From positions 512,001-576,000 of the forward strand of contig CAWDTA010000005.1 in NCBI GenBank assembly GCA_963805085.1: DNA of 64,000 nt, given 5' to 3'. Positions 18,788 through 33,027 of this stretch are shown in pieces (the stretch's first letter is position 1; every line of letters begins with the position of its first letter). The position numbers and the translations under genes were made by a program. A model generated the notes under the pieces. It did no database searches, was not told where the DNA came from, and was given only the letters and a program-made list of their open reading frames with translations. This stretch comes from an uncultured Veillonellaceae bacterium. GTDB taxonomy: Bacteria > Bacillota > Negativicutes > JARBTT01.

Positions 18788-20197
18788 ATGCTGATATATA
18801 TTGATAAAGATGACAAAGCGCCTATTTATGAACAAATTTATATCTTTTTGCGGCAAAAAGTACTTTCTGGCTCTTTAAATTTTGGTGACAAACTTCCCGC
18901 AACGAGAAAACTAGCTGACGAATTATCGATTGCCCGTAATACTGTTGATAAGGCGTATCAACAACTTGTCGCGGAAGGCTATGTGACGTCAAAAGTCGGA
19001 AGTGGATTTGCTGTTAATAAAATTTCCATTGAATCCTCAGTCTCCAATCAAGGCGCTTCTAGTACCCATTCCTTGGAGAAAACGAAGACGCAGTCCGTTT
19101 CTCTGCGATATGATTTTTCACATGGAGCCATCGATAATTCCGTTTTTCCCTACAAGCAATGGAGAAAAAGTATAAACTACGCTCTGACACTGATGGAATC
19201 ATATTCTTGTATCCATTATCCGAGTCGGCAAGGTGAAGATTCTTTACGGCAAAGTATCTCGCTCTATTTGCAACAGTCAAGAGGTGTTTCTTGCAATGCT
19301 TCGCAAATTATCATCACCAGTGGTCAACAGTACTCTATGGAAATAATTGCAAACCTATTCGAGAACTCAAGTAAATGCTTTGCTATGGAAGACCCAGGAT
19401 ATGATGGAGTTCGTGTTGTGTTTCAGAATCACAATTACCAGGTGATGCCTATTCCAGTCGAAAAAGATGGTGTTTGCCTTGAGGCGATACAAAATTTAAA
19501 TACAGACCTTTTATATCTGACTCCATCACATCAATTTCCTACGGGTGCAGTTCTTTCCATTGCGAAACGTCATAAACTCCTGCAGTGGGCAGTTGATACA
19601 AATAGTTATCTAATTGAAGATGATTACGATAGTGAACTTCGTTATGATATAAATCCAATCCCCTCTTTGCAGTCATTAGATACGAAGGGCAGAACTATTT
19701 ATACTGGGACCTTTTCCAAATCACTTTCACCCGCAATTCGCGTGGCTTATATAGTGTTGCCCCAATCCTTAATGGATAGGTTTTATCGCTATTATTATCG
19801 CTATAATTCACAAGTTTCATTTTTACATCAGACTGTTCTTTCGCATTTCATATCAAGCGGAAATTATGAAAAACATATAAATCGTTTACGCACCTTATAT
19901 CGTAAGCGGCAAAACGCTATGCTGGCTGCATTAGATACAGTTTTCGGTGATACTGCTGACATCTTTGGTGAAGGAGCTGGGAAGCATATTCTTTTAACGT
20001 TAAAAAATTCACTTCCTCAGGATGAGCTGATAAAGCGAGCTGAAAATATTGGCATTCGGGTATATTCTACTAAAGTGAACTATATGAATCCAGCGGATTG
20101 TCCGTATTCTCAGATTTTACTGGGGTTTGCTACCGTTCCAACTTGTGAGTTGAAATCAATTTTGGAGGAATTGCATCATGTTTGGAGCAAGGATTGA
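18788..20197 (+). CDS. MocR/PdxR family regulator (GntR HTH + PLP domain)
   Basis: KLPATRKLA, TPSHQFPTG, IEDDYDSE, GTFSKSL. Confidence 0.93.
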   Translation: MLIYIDKDDKAPIYEQIYIFLRQKVLSGSLNFGDKLPATRKLADELSIARNTVDKAYQQLVAEGYVTSKVGSGFAVNKISIESSVSNQGASSTHSLEKTKTQSVSLRYDFSHGAIDNSVFPYKQWRKSINYALTLMESYSCIHYPSRQGEDSLRQSISLYLQQSRGVSCNASQIIITSGQQYSMEIIANLFENSSKCFAMEDPGYDGVRVVFQNHNYQVMPIPVEKDGVCLEAIQNLNTDLLYLTPSHQFPTGAVLSIAKRHKLLQWAVDTNSYLIEDDYDSELRYDINPIPSLQSLDTKGRTIYTGTFSKSLSPAIRVAYIVLPQSLMDRFYRYYYRYNSQVSFLHQTVLSHFISSGNYEKHINRLRTLYRKRQNAMLAALDTVFGDTADIFGEGAGKHILLTLKNSLPQDELIKRAENIGIRVYSTKVNYMNPADCPYSQILLGFATVPTCELKSILEELHHVWSKD

Positions 20198-20230
20198 AAA
20201 ACTAAATAACAAAGTAATGGTTGTCTTTGG

Positions 20231-20280
20231 CTCAAAACATCAAATTACTAGAAAATTAGCAGTTTAGCATGGTAAAATAA
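20231..20280 (+). repeat. Dispersed repeat family A, copy 3 (partial)
   Basis: ctcaaaacatcaaattactagaaaattagcagtt matches the core of copies 1 and 2. Confidence 0.7.
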
Positions 20281-20346
20281 GTTAAGTAAACTTAAGGGGA
20301 TGTTTAGTATGACGAGAATGCAGCGGGAAAAAGAAGGACAAATTGT

Positions 20347-20727
20347 ATGACGGAAAAGAAACTTAATTTGGATTCCAAAGATTTATTTTTATATTGCCTA
20401 ACCAAACTTGGAGCAATTGAGGATTATCCTTTCGGTCCCGATGTCATAGTTATCAAGGTAGCATCCAAGATGTTTGCACTCATATCGCGTAGGAACGGGC
20501 AGGACAACCTTTCACTTAAATGTGACCCTGTCCATTCTGAGGTCCTAAGGCAACAATATCCAAGTATAATACCTGGATACCATTTGAATAAGCGCCATTG
20601 GAATACATTAGTGCTTGATGGTAGTATTTCAGAAAGAGAGATAAGAGGCTTAATCGATCATTCGTATGAGCTAGTATATAAATCTCTTCCACGGAAAAAG
20701 AGGGCAGAATATCAGGAAGACTGGTAA
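20347..20727 (+). CDS. MmcQ/YjbR family DNA-binding protein
   Basis: DYPFG, KMFAL, LKCDP, PGYHLNKRHWNT, IDHSYELV. Confidence 0.92.
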   Translation: MTEKKLNLDSKDLFLYCLTKLGAIEDYPFGPDVIVIKVASKMFALISRRNGQDNLSLKCDPVHSEVLRQQYPSIIPGYHLNKRHWNTLVLDGSISEREIRGLIDHSYELVYKSLPRKKRAEYQEDW

Positions 20728-20766
20728 TAAGAACGATAAGTAAGAGCTAAAATTGAAATAATAAAA
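20728..20766 (+). repeat. Dispersed repeat family B, copy 2
   Basis: 32/39 identical to 10178-10216. Confidence 0.65.
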
Positions 20767-20808
20767 CAACAACTTCTGTTGACAATTTGACAGAGGTTAG
20801 CTTATATA

Positions 20809-20860
20809 CATTTAATGAAAACGATTATCATTAACAATGAATAATCATTTTCATTAAATG
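20809..20860. promoter_or_regulatory. 52-bp near-perfect palindrome containing two Fur-like boxes
   Basis: catttaatgaaaacgattat...ataatcattttcattaaatg; AATGAAAACGATTATCATT resembles a 19-bp Fur box. Confidence 0.65.
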
Positions 20861-20980
20861 TATTGTCTTTATAGGAAAATTGTACTATAATATGAACAAA
20901 TAAAAAAAAAGTTCAATTGCTCAAGTAATCGAATTTACATAGGCGATGATTTTAGTGAGGGGAGGCAGTTCAGATGAATT

Positions 20981-21577
20981 ATGAAAAATAGATATTTTGA
21001 AATTTTAAGCGTCTTTTCGACTATCGTCGCAAAGCATGGAATTAATAAAACTACGATGCGCGATGTAGCAGAGCAAACAGGCTATAGTATCGGTACTATT
21101 TATAATGAATTTAGCAATAAAGAAGCGCTGGTTGATGGATTGTTTAACCAGAAAAAGTTGGAAGTAGAGGAATGGCTCGCCTCTTTGTGCGGTGTTTGTC
21201 AGGCTTCAGGAGAAATGCGACTGCGTCGTTTTATGCTTGGTTATGTGCAGGAATTCAATCAGAAAGTACGGCAGGATGTTGCTTTTGCTGAGATTGTTAA
21301 GGAAGCACGATATTTTCGCTATATTGGTCTAAAAACAGTGGACTTTAATCAGTTTGTGCGCAGTAAAGTACTGGACATTATTGAAAATATTTTACAAGTA
21401 GGAGTAAAAGAAAAACTTTTTTATATTACAGATATTTTACTTACTGCTAATTTAATACTAAACGCCTTTGCTGTTTATTTGCTGCCATCTTTAATTTTAG
21501 AAAAAGAGTTCGAGCATATTTATAAAGAAGCTGAAGCTATGCTGGAGTTAATCATAAAGGCCCTTCTGACTAAATAA
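20981..21577 (+). CDS. TetR/AcrR family regulator
   Basis: [31 protein letters not shown]. Confidence 0.9.
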   Translation: MKNRYFEILSVFSTIVAKHGINKTTMRDVAEQTGYSIGTIYNEFSNKEALVDGLFNQKKLEVEEWLASLCGVCQASGEMRLRRFMLGYVQEFNQKVRQDVAFAEIVKEARYFRYIGLKTVDFNQFVRSKVLDIIENILQVGVKEKLFYITDILLTANLILNAFAVYLLPSLILEKEFEHIYKEAEAMLELIIKALLTK

Positions 21578-21602
21578 AATTTTCAATATGGAGGAATTAC
21601 AC

Positions 21603-23321
21603 ATGATACAATTGCGTAATATTAAAACATCTTCAAAAATTATGGGACTCATTATATTTATGGCTTTTTTTCTAGCGGTAGTTGGTTATGTCGGACATTA
21701 TGCCGCAGGAACATTAGCAAATAAAATGGATGATATGTATAAAAATCGATTACAGCCTATTGAGTGGTTGAATGCTAGTCGTGCAGAAAGCCGGAGAAAT
21801 GAAGCTTTGACGTTAGCTATTTTTCTTAGTCATGACCCAGCTCAGCAACAGACTATTTATAAAACCATTGATGAACATAAAAAAATTTATAGCGGCTTAT
21901 TAGAAAAATATCAGCAGACGAATTTAGATTCGTTTGAGCGACAAAACTTGGCAAAAATTATGGATGAGACCAAGGTATATCGTGATGATTGGCAAAAATC
22001 ATTAGATTTAGCGATGGCAGGTAAGCAGGAGGAGGGACATGCTTATTTTTACAAAAATGCGAATAGTCATTTAGATACCATTAATAAATTACTAGATGAT
22101 TTGGTTGAACACAATAGCAAAATTGCCGAGGAAGAAAAACAGAAAAGTGAAGAAATCGCACTGTATAACGATCGGATCAGTATGGCCGTAACTGCGATTG
22201 CAGTACTCCTATCCAGTATTTTAGGATGGTTGATTGCAAGAGTGATTGTGACGCCACTGGCAAGTTTACTTACGGAGGTTCATAGTTTGGCAGCCGGAGA
22301 GCTAAAAAACAGAAAAGTGCATGAAGTCTATTATCAAGATGAGGTCGGACAATTGACTAAAGAATTTGATAGTATGGCGAGTCATTTACATAAGTTAGTG
22401 AAAAACATTTCAGATGCTTCTAAGCAATTGGCTGCGTCTTCGGTAGAGTTGAATACTGGTGCTGAAGAAGCGGCGAAAGTTACTGAACAAATAACAGGGG
22501 CAATTGAAGAAGTAGCACAGGGCGCACAAAGCCAGTCGGTGGTAATTAATGAAACAGTACTAAGCGTGGAGCAGATGGTTGCAGCTATTACGCATATTGC
22601 TGATAATTCCAATTCGGTGTCTGAAGCAGTTTCTAAGACTGTTGACGCCGCAATGGCGGGGGCTAAGTCCGCAGAATCTGTAGCGGTGCAAATGAGTAGT
22701 ATCGAAGAAACTGTAGAATCATCGGCCGAAGCTGTTAAAAAACTCGGAGATCGTTCTCAAGAAATTGGACAAATCATTGATACTATTTCTGGTATTGCCA
22801 ACCAGACGAATTTATTAGCTTTAAATGCGGCCATTGAGGCGGCACGTGCTGGCGAAAATGGCAAAGGATTTTCTGTCGTAGCCGAAGAAGTTCGAAAATT
22901 GGCGGAACAATCCAAGGATGCCGCTGCGAAAATTGGAGCGATGATCAGCGAGGTGCAGAATGAAACGGATAAGGCTGTGACAGCGATGAATAAAGGTAGC
23001 CAAGAAGTGAAAGTAGGCGCTCAAGTGGTAGCAAGTGCTGGTGAAAATTTCAGGGAAATTACTTCTTTGGTAAACGATGTTTCATCTCAGAGCATGGAAA
23101 TTTCAGCAGCTATTGAAGAAATGTCAGCAAGCAGTGAGCAAATATCAACTTCGGTTAAAAATATTGATCAAGTCGGAAGACGGGCGGCAGGAAAAACCCA
23201 AACAGTTTCTGCGGCCACGGAAGAGCATTCCGCGTCAATTGAAGAAATTTTGGCTGCTAGCCAGTCCTTGTCTAATACAGCCAAAACGTTGCACGATGCG
23301 GTTGAATTTTTCAAGGTATAA
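21603..23321 (+). CDS. Methyl-accepting chemotaxis protein (four-helix-bundle sensor, HAMP, MA)
   Basis: MY..RL.P 4HB motif; [18 protein letters not shown]; start ATG 21603 after GGAGG. Confidence 0.94.
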   Translation: MIQLRNIKTSSKIMGLIIFMAFFLAVVGYVGHYAAGTLANKMDDMYKNRLQPIEWLNASRAESRRNEALTLAIFLSHDPAQQQTIYKTIDEHKKIYSGLLEKYQQTNLDSFERQNLAKIMDETKVYRDDWQKSLDLAMAGKQEEGHAYFYKNANSHLDTINKLLDDLVEHNSKIAEEEKQKSEEIALYNDRISMAVTAIAVLLSSILGWLIARVIVTPLASLLTEVHSLAAGELKNRKVHEVYYQDEVGQLTKEFDSMASHLHKLVKNISDASKQLAASSVELNTGAEEAAKVTEQITGAIEEVAQGAQSQSVVINETVLSVEQMVAAITHIADNSNSVSEAVSKTVDAAMAGAKSAESVAVQMSSIEETVESSAEAVKKLGDRSQEIGQIIDTISGIANQTNLLALNAAIEAARAGENGKGFSVVAEEVRKLAEQSKDAAAKIGAMISEVQNETDKAVTAMNKGSQEVKVGAQVVASAGENFREITSLVNDVSSQSMEISAAIEEMSASSEQISTSVKNIDQVGRRAAGKTQTVSAATEEHSASIEEILAASQSLSNTAKTLHDAVEFFKV

Positions 23322-23331
23322 AAGAAAAATT

Positions 23332-23370
23332 AAAAGTGGAAAAATCGTAAATGATTTTTCCACTTTTTTT
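23332..23370 (+). terminator. Intrinsic terminator
   Basis: aaaagtggaaaaatc...gatttttccactttt plus T-run. Confidence 0.8.
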
Positions 23371-23715
23371 ATGTACGCAAATTTTTCTGAAATATGCATT
23401 TCTAGTTCCATAACAAGAAGCTTGTCGATTTGTTGTCCAAGCTAGGGAATGTGCTGAGAGTAGATGGATTAATGTATGCAAAATATTTTATTCTTTTTTA
23501 TATCATTCCGAATATACATAACGTAGGATGTTTCTTAAAGCACAGAAAAAATCATTGCTCAAATTGTAATGCAAGGAGGGCGATTGCCGATGCGAATGGA
23601 GAGGTAGTTTGCCAGTAGAACGTTGCCTAGGTAGTAAGACAAGTAGTGATTGATCTATTAACAAAAAGAAATGACATTATTGATTGATTAAAAAATTTAT
23701 TAAAGGAGTGGAATC

Positions 23716-24450
23716 ATGGCAAGTTTATTATGGGGTGAATTTATTGGAACGGCGGTACTTTTGGCTTTTGGCTGTGGCGTTGTAGCGAACGTATCGTTGA
23801 AGGAATCAAAAGGTCTCGGCGGCGGGCCGATTGTGGTTTATACCGGATGGGCGATGGGCGTTATCATGGGGGTTACTTGTAGCTTGGCGATTGGTAATAC
23901 GGGTGATTTAAATTGCGCGGTTACTTTCTATAAATTATTGATGGGGATTTATACTGTGCCATTGGCGATTAATATTATGATCGTACAAGTTCTCGGCGGT
24001 GTTCTGGGTGGCGCTTTAGTATGGCTTGCGTATTTGCCACATTGGAAAGTTACGCAAGATAAAACTGCTAAACTGGGAGTCTTCTGTACGATTCCTGCGA
24101 TTCGTAGTTATGGTGCAAATGCACTTTGTGAAGGGATTGCTAGCGCATTATTGTTCTTGATTTTCTTATCACTTGGCAGTAAATTTGTTTCTGGAGCGTC
24201 TGGATTCCCAGCTGGATTTTCTACTTATATGTGTGGTTTGGCAGTTTGGGCAGTGGGCTTATCATTCTGCGGGCCTACCGGATATGCTGTAAATCCTGCT
24301 CGTGACCTTGGTCCTCGCATTGCACATGCGATTTTGCCGATTGCAGGCAAAGGTAGCTCGGATTGGAGTTATTCTTGGGTGCCGATTGTTGCGCCAATGG
24401 CTGGGGCTTTTGTGGCATTCATTATCGCGATGATGTTTGATATTATTTAA
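23716..24450 (+). CDS. glpF: Aquaglyceroporin, copy 1
   Basis: EFIGT, GPTGYAVNPARDLGPR; first NPA motif replaced by NCA. Confidence 0.92.
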   Translation: MASLLWGEFIGTAVLLAFGCGVVANVSLKESKGLGGGPIVVYTGWAMGVIMGVTCSLAIGNTGDLNCAVTFYKLLMGIYTVPLAINIMIVQVLGGVLGGALVWLAYLPHWKVTQDKTAKLGVFCTIPAIRSYGANALCEGIASALLFLIFLSLGSKFVSGASGFPAGFSTYMCGLAVWAVGLSFCGPTGYAVNPARDLGPRIAHAILPIAGKGSSDWSYSWVPIVAPMAGAFVAFIIAMMFDII

Positions 24451-24527
24451 ACCTAAAATCCATTTGATTCATCAAATTCTAAAAAAATTAAGGTTTATAA
24501 ATATATAGTTGACGAGGAGTGGCTTAA

Positions 24528-26039
<1,512 letters not shown>

Positions 26040-26063
26040 GTTCATAACCTTTGTGGATTGAAT

Positions 26064-26110
26064 AGAGAATCCCTTTGTTTTCGAGTTAGCGATTGCAGAG
26101 GGGTTCTTTC
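26064..26110 (+). terminator. Stem-loop/terminator after glpK1
   Basis: agagaatccctttg...cagaggggttcttt. Confidence 0.6.
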
Positions 26111-26348
26111 CTCTTTGTTAATGTTAGAAATTGATCAAAAGGTATATCCTAATTTAAAATTTAGTTTTAAAAATAAATTGCTGTAAAATATGTATTTTTA
26201 TAGAGAACTTCTAGAATAATAACATAGTCTGCTCGAGTTTGTGATTGGATTCAATGGTGAAAAAATTATTTTTGAGAAGTGTAAAAGAAGCTAATTTATA
26301 AGGGGGTATCGCTGATTTCTATCAATGAACAAATGAGGAGTGAAAGAG

Positions 26349-28645
<2,297 letters not shown>

Positions 28646-28656
28646 ATACAGTCTCA

Positions 28657-28697
28657 AAGAGAATCTCCTTTACGGTGCTTTATAAGGAGATTCTCTT
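28657..28697 (+). terminator. Stem-loop/terminator after glpK2
   Basis: Perfect 14-bp stem aagagaatctcctt/aaggagattctctt. Confidence 0.7.
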
Positions 28698-28817
28698 AAG
28701 AAACAGCAATCATATATTAATTTTATAGTAAGGGTGACAATGCACAATGAGAAAAAGTAATGAAAATGCATTGGCGAATAAGGGATATGTCATTCGTATT
28801 TTTGGATAAAAGGGGCA

Positions 28818-30440
28818 ATGGGGATGGAAAAAGCAACGGTAGTTGTAATTGGTGGCGGAGCCACAGGGGTTGGAATTTTTCGTGATTTAGCAATGCGTGG
28901 GGTAGATGTGCTTTTGTTAGAACAGCGTGATATGGTGCATGGTACTAGTTCGCGTTATCATGGTCTTTTGCATAGTGGTGGACGTTATGCGGTGAAAGAT
29001 GCTGAAGCTGGTAGAGAATGCATCGAAGAGAATAAGATTCTTCGGAAGATTGGCAGGCATTGCGTGGAAGCGACAGAAGGATTTTTTGTTCGTTTACCAG
29101 AAGATGATGAAACTTTTGAGGAAAAGTGGGTAGAAGCTTGCCAGAAGATTGGTATTCCAGCTGTGCAAATTGCGCCTGAAGAAGCGTGGCGATTAGAACC
29201 AAATTTAACGCATCGAGTGAAGTCGGTGTATCGCGTGCCTGATGCAGCGATTGATGGGTTCCGTATGGTCTGGCAAAACGTTGCTTCTGCTAAACGATAT
29301 GGTGGCAGGCTAAAGACATATACAGAAGTCATTAGTATTGAACATAGCAATAATCATGTCGTTGGTGTCCTCGCTCGAAATTTTATCACAGGTGAGGAAG
29401 AATTTATTGCTTGTGATTTTGTTGTGAGTGCAGTGGGATCCTGGGCGGGAGAAATTGCTCGTTTAGCTGGAATTGATGTACATGTACAGCCTGATAGGGG
29501 AACTTTAATCGCATTTAATCATCGGTTGTCTAGTCGGATTATTAATAGGCTACGTCCTGCCTCTGATGGTGATATCTTTGTACCGCACGGGTCTATTACG
29601 ATTTTAGGTACGACCTCTTCGGCGGCGAAACAACCCGATGATACGATACCTTTGACGGCGGAAGTTGTAGAATTGCTTAAAATTGGTGAGGCTACATTTG
29701 AAAATTTAAGGGACTATCGTATGCTGCGTGTTTTTTCTGGGACTAGGCCACTTTACAGTGCTGATCCTATGGCAAAAGGACGTGGTGCTTCGCGTAATTT
29801 TGTTATTTTAGATCATGCGAAAGAGGGGCTAAATGGTTTTGCTAGTATTGTTGGCGGTAAGTTCACTACTTATCGGTTGATGGCGGAAAAAATGACGGAT
29901 TTCATTTGTAAATATTTGAAGGTAACAGCATCTTGCCGTACAGCTGAGGAACCTTTGGTTGAGGTGATTTCTCCACAACTATTGGCGAAAGCACGGCTGT
30001 ATTTCCCGGCTTATGGTACGGATTTAGCTGCTTCACGTCTAGGCGGGGCAGGCTTGGAACGGGTAGTCAAACGTATGGAGGATGATCCACAAAAAAGTCA
30101 GCTTGTTTGTGAGTGCGAAAATGTTACATTGGCGGAAGTGGAAGAAACCGCTCATGATGGTACAAGTTTTACCCTGAGTGATGTTCGGCGAAAAACTCGT
30201 ATGGGGATGGGCACTTGCCAAGGTGCATTTTGTACCTATCGCAGTGTAGGGGCGATAGAAGCCAATGGTCTGAGTTTTGGCAAAGATAATATCAGTTTGT
30301 TCAAAGAGTTCTTACAAGCTCGTTGGCGAGGAATCCGACCAATTATGTGGGGCAATGTGATTAGAGAGATAGAGCTGACTCGTGGTATTTACGATGGAAC
30401 TTTGAATATAAATGGAGCGATTGAACATGAGAAAAGATGA
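28818..30440 (+). CDS. glpA: Anaerobic glycerol-3-phosphate dehydrogenase subunit A
   Basis: GGGATG, HGLLHSGGRYAV, C-terminal BFD-like CECE...RMGMGTCQG. Confidence 0.95.
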   Translation: MGMEKATVVVIGGGATGVGIFRDLAMRGVDVLLLEQRDMVHGTSSRYHGLLHSGGRYAVKDAEAGRECIEENKILRKIGRHCVEATEGFFVRLPEDDETFEEKWVEACQKIGIPAVQIAPEEAWRLEPNLTHRVKSVYRVPDAAIDGFRMVWQNVASAKRYGGRLKTYTEVISIEHSNNHVVGVLARNFITGEEEFIACDFVVSAVGSWAGEIARLAGIDVHVQPDRGTLIAFNHRLSSRIINRLRPASDGDIFVPHGSITILGTTSSAAKQPDDTIPLTAEVVELLKIGEATFENLRDYRMLRVFSGTRPLYSADPMAKGRGASRNFVILDHAKEGLNGFASIVGGKFTTYRLMAEKMTDFICKYLKVTASCRTAEEPLVEVISPQLLAKARLYFPAYGTDLAASRLGGAGLERVVKRMEDDPQKSQLVCECENVTLAEVEETAHDGTSFTLSDVRRKTRMGMGTCQGAFCTYRSVGAIEANGLSFGKDNISLFKEFLQARWRGIRPIMWGNVIREIELTRGIYDGTLNINGAIEHEKR

Positions 30441-31674
30441 TGTGATTGTAATCGGCGGAGGTTTTGCCGGGTTGATCGCTGCAGCTGCTAGTGCAAAACG
30501 TGGTAAAAAGGTGACTTTGTTAAGTTTCGGAATGGGTACATTGGCAGTTGGCAGTGGAATCGTTGATATTCTGGGGTATAACAATGATGGTACAGCTGCT
30601 TTGACGCCGGAAGTAGCTGTCAAAATGGTAGAGGATGATCATCCTTATCATAAAATTGGTTTACAGGCAGTAAAAGAATCTGTGGATTTTTTCCTAGAAC
30701 TATGTAGGGAAGAAATGTATCCTTACATAGGAAGTTTGAATGAAATGAAATGGATACCAACAGCTTCTGGTACGCTAAAGCCAACTTGTCTTGTCCCAAA
30801 AACCCTAGATGTAGCTAGTTTAAAAGAGAGTGATACTATTTGTATTGTAGGTTTTCATTGCTTAAAGGATTATTATGCAGAATTAGTGTCTAAGAACTTA
30901 AAAACTAGCTTAGGTTCAGATAAGAAGTATGAAGTTGTTATGATAAATCATCAGTTTTCTGGTGGACGTGATGTAACAGTATTGGATCTTGCTCGTTGGC
31001 TAGATACTGAGGCTGGACGTGCAGAATGTATCAAGCAGTTGCAGAGTAAAGTAAAGCCAGGCTCAGTGGTCTTGGTACCACCGATATTAGGAACTACGCC
31101 AGATTATTTGGTGTTGGAAGCATTTGAAAAAGCAATTGGTTGCCGGTTTGTTGAAACGGTGACGGTTCCACCTTCGCTTAGCGGCTTACGGCTTAGGAGT
31201 ATGTTGATAAATCGTTTAAAAAAAATGGGTGTGCGGATTATTGAAAAGGCAAATGTGATTAAGTCAATTTTGGAAGAGCGGAAGTGTGTTGCGGTAGTGA
31301 CCGATGGGATAGATCGTCAGCGAAGTTATTACGCTCAAAACTTCATTTTAGCTACAGGTGGTTTTTATGGCGGCGGATTGATTTCTGCTGAATTAGGTGA
31401 AGTCAATGAGCCGATTTTTAATATTCCGATTCAAATTCCAATTGCTAAAGAAGAATGGTCTAATTTAAATTTATTTTCTAATAAAAAGCAGCCTTTTGCA
31501 AAAATTGGGATAACCACTGATGAGAAGATGCACCCATTAGATATAGAAGGTAACCTTTTGTTTGAAAATGTATTTGTTGCTGGTCGCAATTTGCAAGGGT
31601 ATGATTTTTGTTTTGAAAAATCAGGCAATGGTGTCGCTCTTGCTTCAGGTTATCAAGCGGCTATGTCGGTATAA
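30427..31674 (+). CDS. glpB: Anaerobic glycerol-3-phosphate dehydrogenase subunit B
   Basis: IGGGFAG, DDHPY, PPSLSGLRL, SGNGVALASG; start ATG 30427 overlaps glpA. Confidence 0.93.
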   Translation: MRKDDVIVIGGGFAGLIAAAASAKRGKKVTLLSFGMGTLAVGSGIVDILGYNNDGTAALTPEVAVKMVEDDHPYHKIGLQAVKESVDFFLELCREEMYPYIGSLNEMKWIPTASGTLKPTCLVPKTLDVASLKESDTICIVGFHCLKDYYAELVSKNLKTSLGSDKKYEVVMINHQFSGGRDVTVLDLARWLDTEAGRAECIKQLQSKVKPGSVVLVPPILGTTPDYLVLEAFEKAIGCRFVETVTVPPSLSGLRLRSMLINRLKKMGVRIIEKANVIKSILEERKCVAVVTDGIDRQRSYYAQNFILATGGFYGGGLISAELGEVNEPIFNIPIQIPIAKEEWSNLNLFSNKKQPFAKIGITTDEKMHPLDIEGNLLFENVFVAGRNLQGYDFCFEKSGNGVALASGYQAAMSV

Positions 31675-31686
31675 GAAGGGGGATTC

Positions 31687-32898
31687 ATGATGAAAAAACA
31701 TAAAATTGATCCAGATCGCTGTATCGCTTGTACCGCTTGCGTTGCTCAATGTCCAGTTACCAAGGCAACGCATCATTTCCGCGGTCCCAAAATGGTTGGT
31801 CCAGCCTTGGAGAGAATGAGACTTTCAGAGGAAGATATTGAGCCGACACTCGACTATTGTTCAAATTGTAAAAACTGTGATATGGCTTGTCCATCAGGTG
31901 TCCCTATTTCAACATTGAATATGTTGGCGCGAGCAAAGTATTATAAAAACCATAAACATTCAATGAGAGATGATATGTTAGCGCATGGAGAAAGAATGGG
32001 AAAATTGGCCAAGGCACTTCCTGCTGGAGCTTTTTTTGCTAATTTAGGGATGAATATTGGACGAAATTTAGGTGTGCTGAGAATGGTTGGAATTTCTGAT
32101 AAAAGGCCACTACCAAGCTATGCAACTGAGAGTTTTCACAAACAGTTTAAGAAAATACGTCAGCAAAGTTTTCCTAATAAAGTAGTTTTTTATCCGGGGT
32201 GCTTTGTTAATTTTAATGATCCTAAAGTTGGTTTGGATTTTTTGGCGGTGATGCAAAAAAATCAATATGAAGTTATTGTTGAAGAGGAATTTGTGTGTTG
32301 TGGTTCTCCTCTATTGGTAAATGGGTATCTTGATGAGGTTGAACAAAATGCAAAAAAAAATACTCAATTAATTAAAAAGTGGGTAGATAAAGGATATAAG
32401 GTAATTACCTGCTGCACGAGTTGTGGTTTGATGCTTAAGCAAGAATACCAGGAATTATTTGAAATAGATGGGGTAAAAGAAAATGCAAAAAGTATTTATG
32501 ATGCATCAGAATTTTTAATGCAGCTATATGATGAAGGTAAGTTAAATCTTAACTTTGGGAGATTACAGGAAAAATATCTTTATCATGCGCCTTGCCATCT
32601 GCGGGCGCAAGGCTTTGGGTTGCCAGCGGTGGATTTGCTGAAGGATGTTGCTGGAGTGAATATAGAAAATGCGGATGCTGGCTGTTGTGGTGTTTCTGGT
32701 AATTATGGCTTTAAAGCGGATAAGTATGATACTGCTATGGCCATTGGTGGAAATTTATTTAGTACGATTAAAGAGAGTGGTGTTAGGACTGTTGTTAGTG
32801 AGTGTGGAACGTGCCGAATGCAAATTAATCATGGTGCAAGTGTAGATACAGTGCATCCACTGACGGTTCTACGAAATGTATATGAAGCGAAAAAATAA
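31687..32898 (+). CDS. glpC: Anaerobic glycerol-3-phosphate dehydrogenase subunit C
   Basis: Two CxxCxxCxxxCP motifs and two CCG domains. Confidence 0.93.
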   Translation: MMKKHKIDPDRCIACTACVAQCPVTKATHHFRGPKMVGPALERMRLSEEDIEPTLDYCSNCKNCDMACPSGVPISTLNMLARAKYYKNHKHSMRDDMLAHGERMGKLAKALPAGAFFANLGMNIGRNLGVLRMVGISDKRPLPSYATESFHKQFKKIRQQSFPNKVVFYPGCFVNFNDPKVGLDFLAVMQKNQYEVIVEEEFVCCGSPLLVNGYLDEVEQNAKKNTQLIKKWVDKGYKVITCCTSCGLMLKQEYQELFEIDGVKENAKSIYDASEFLMQLYDEGKLNLNFGRLQEKYLYHAPCHLRAQGFGLPAVDLLKDVAGVNIENADAGCCGVSGNYGFKADKYDTAMAIGGNLFSTIKESGVRTVVSECGTCRMQINHGASVDTVHPLTVLRNVYEAKK

Positions 32899-32909
32899 AG
32901 CATTAAATT

Positions 32910-32941
32910 AAGAGAGCATTTTCATTTGAGAATGCTCTCTT
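32910..32941 (+). terminator. Intrinsic terminator
   Basis: aagagagcattttc...gagaatgctctctt. Confidence 0.75.
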
Positions 32942-32992
32942 GATTTATTCTGTTAGTTGCTTTCCATATTCTATGTAATATGTTACAATACT

Positions 32993-33012
32993 ATTTACGA
33001 ATATTACTATTT
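32993..33012. promoter_or_regulatory. Putative Zur box
   Basis: Reverse complement AAATAGTAATATTCGTAAAT, directly before the zur RBS. Confidence 0.65.
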
Positions 33013-33027
33013 AGGAGGCCATCATAA

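Noticed and set aside
23430-23618. 62-aa ORF in the glp upstream region
   Set aside because: No RBS or recognisable features; lies in probable promoter DNA
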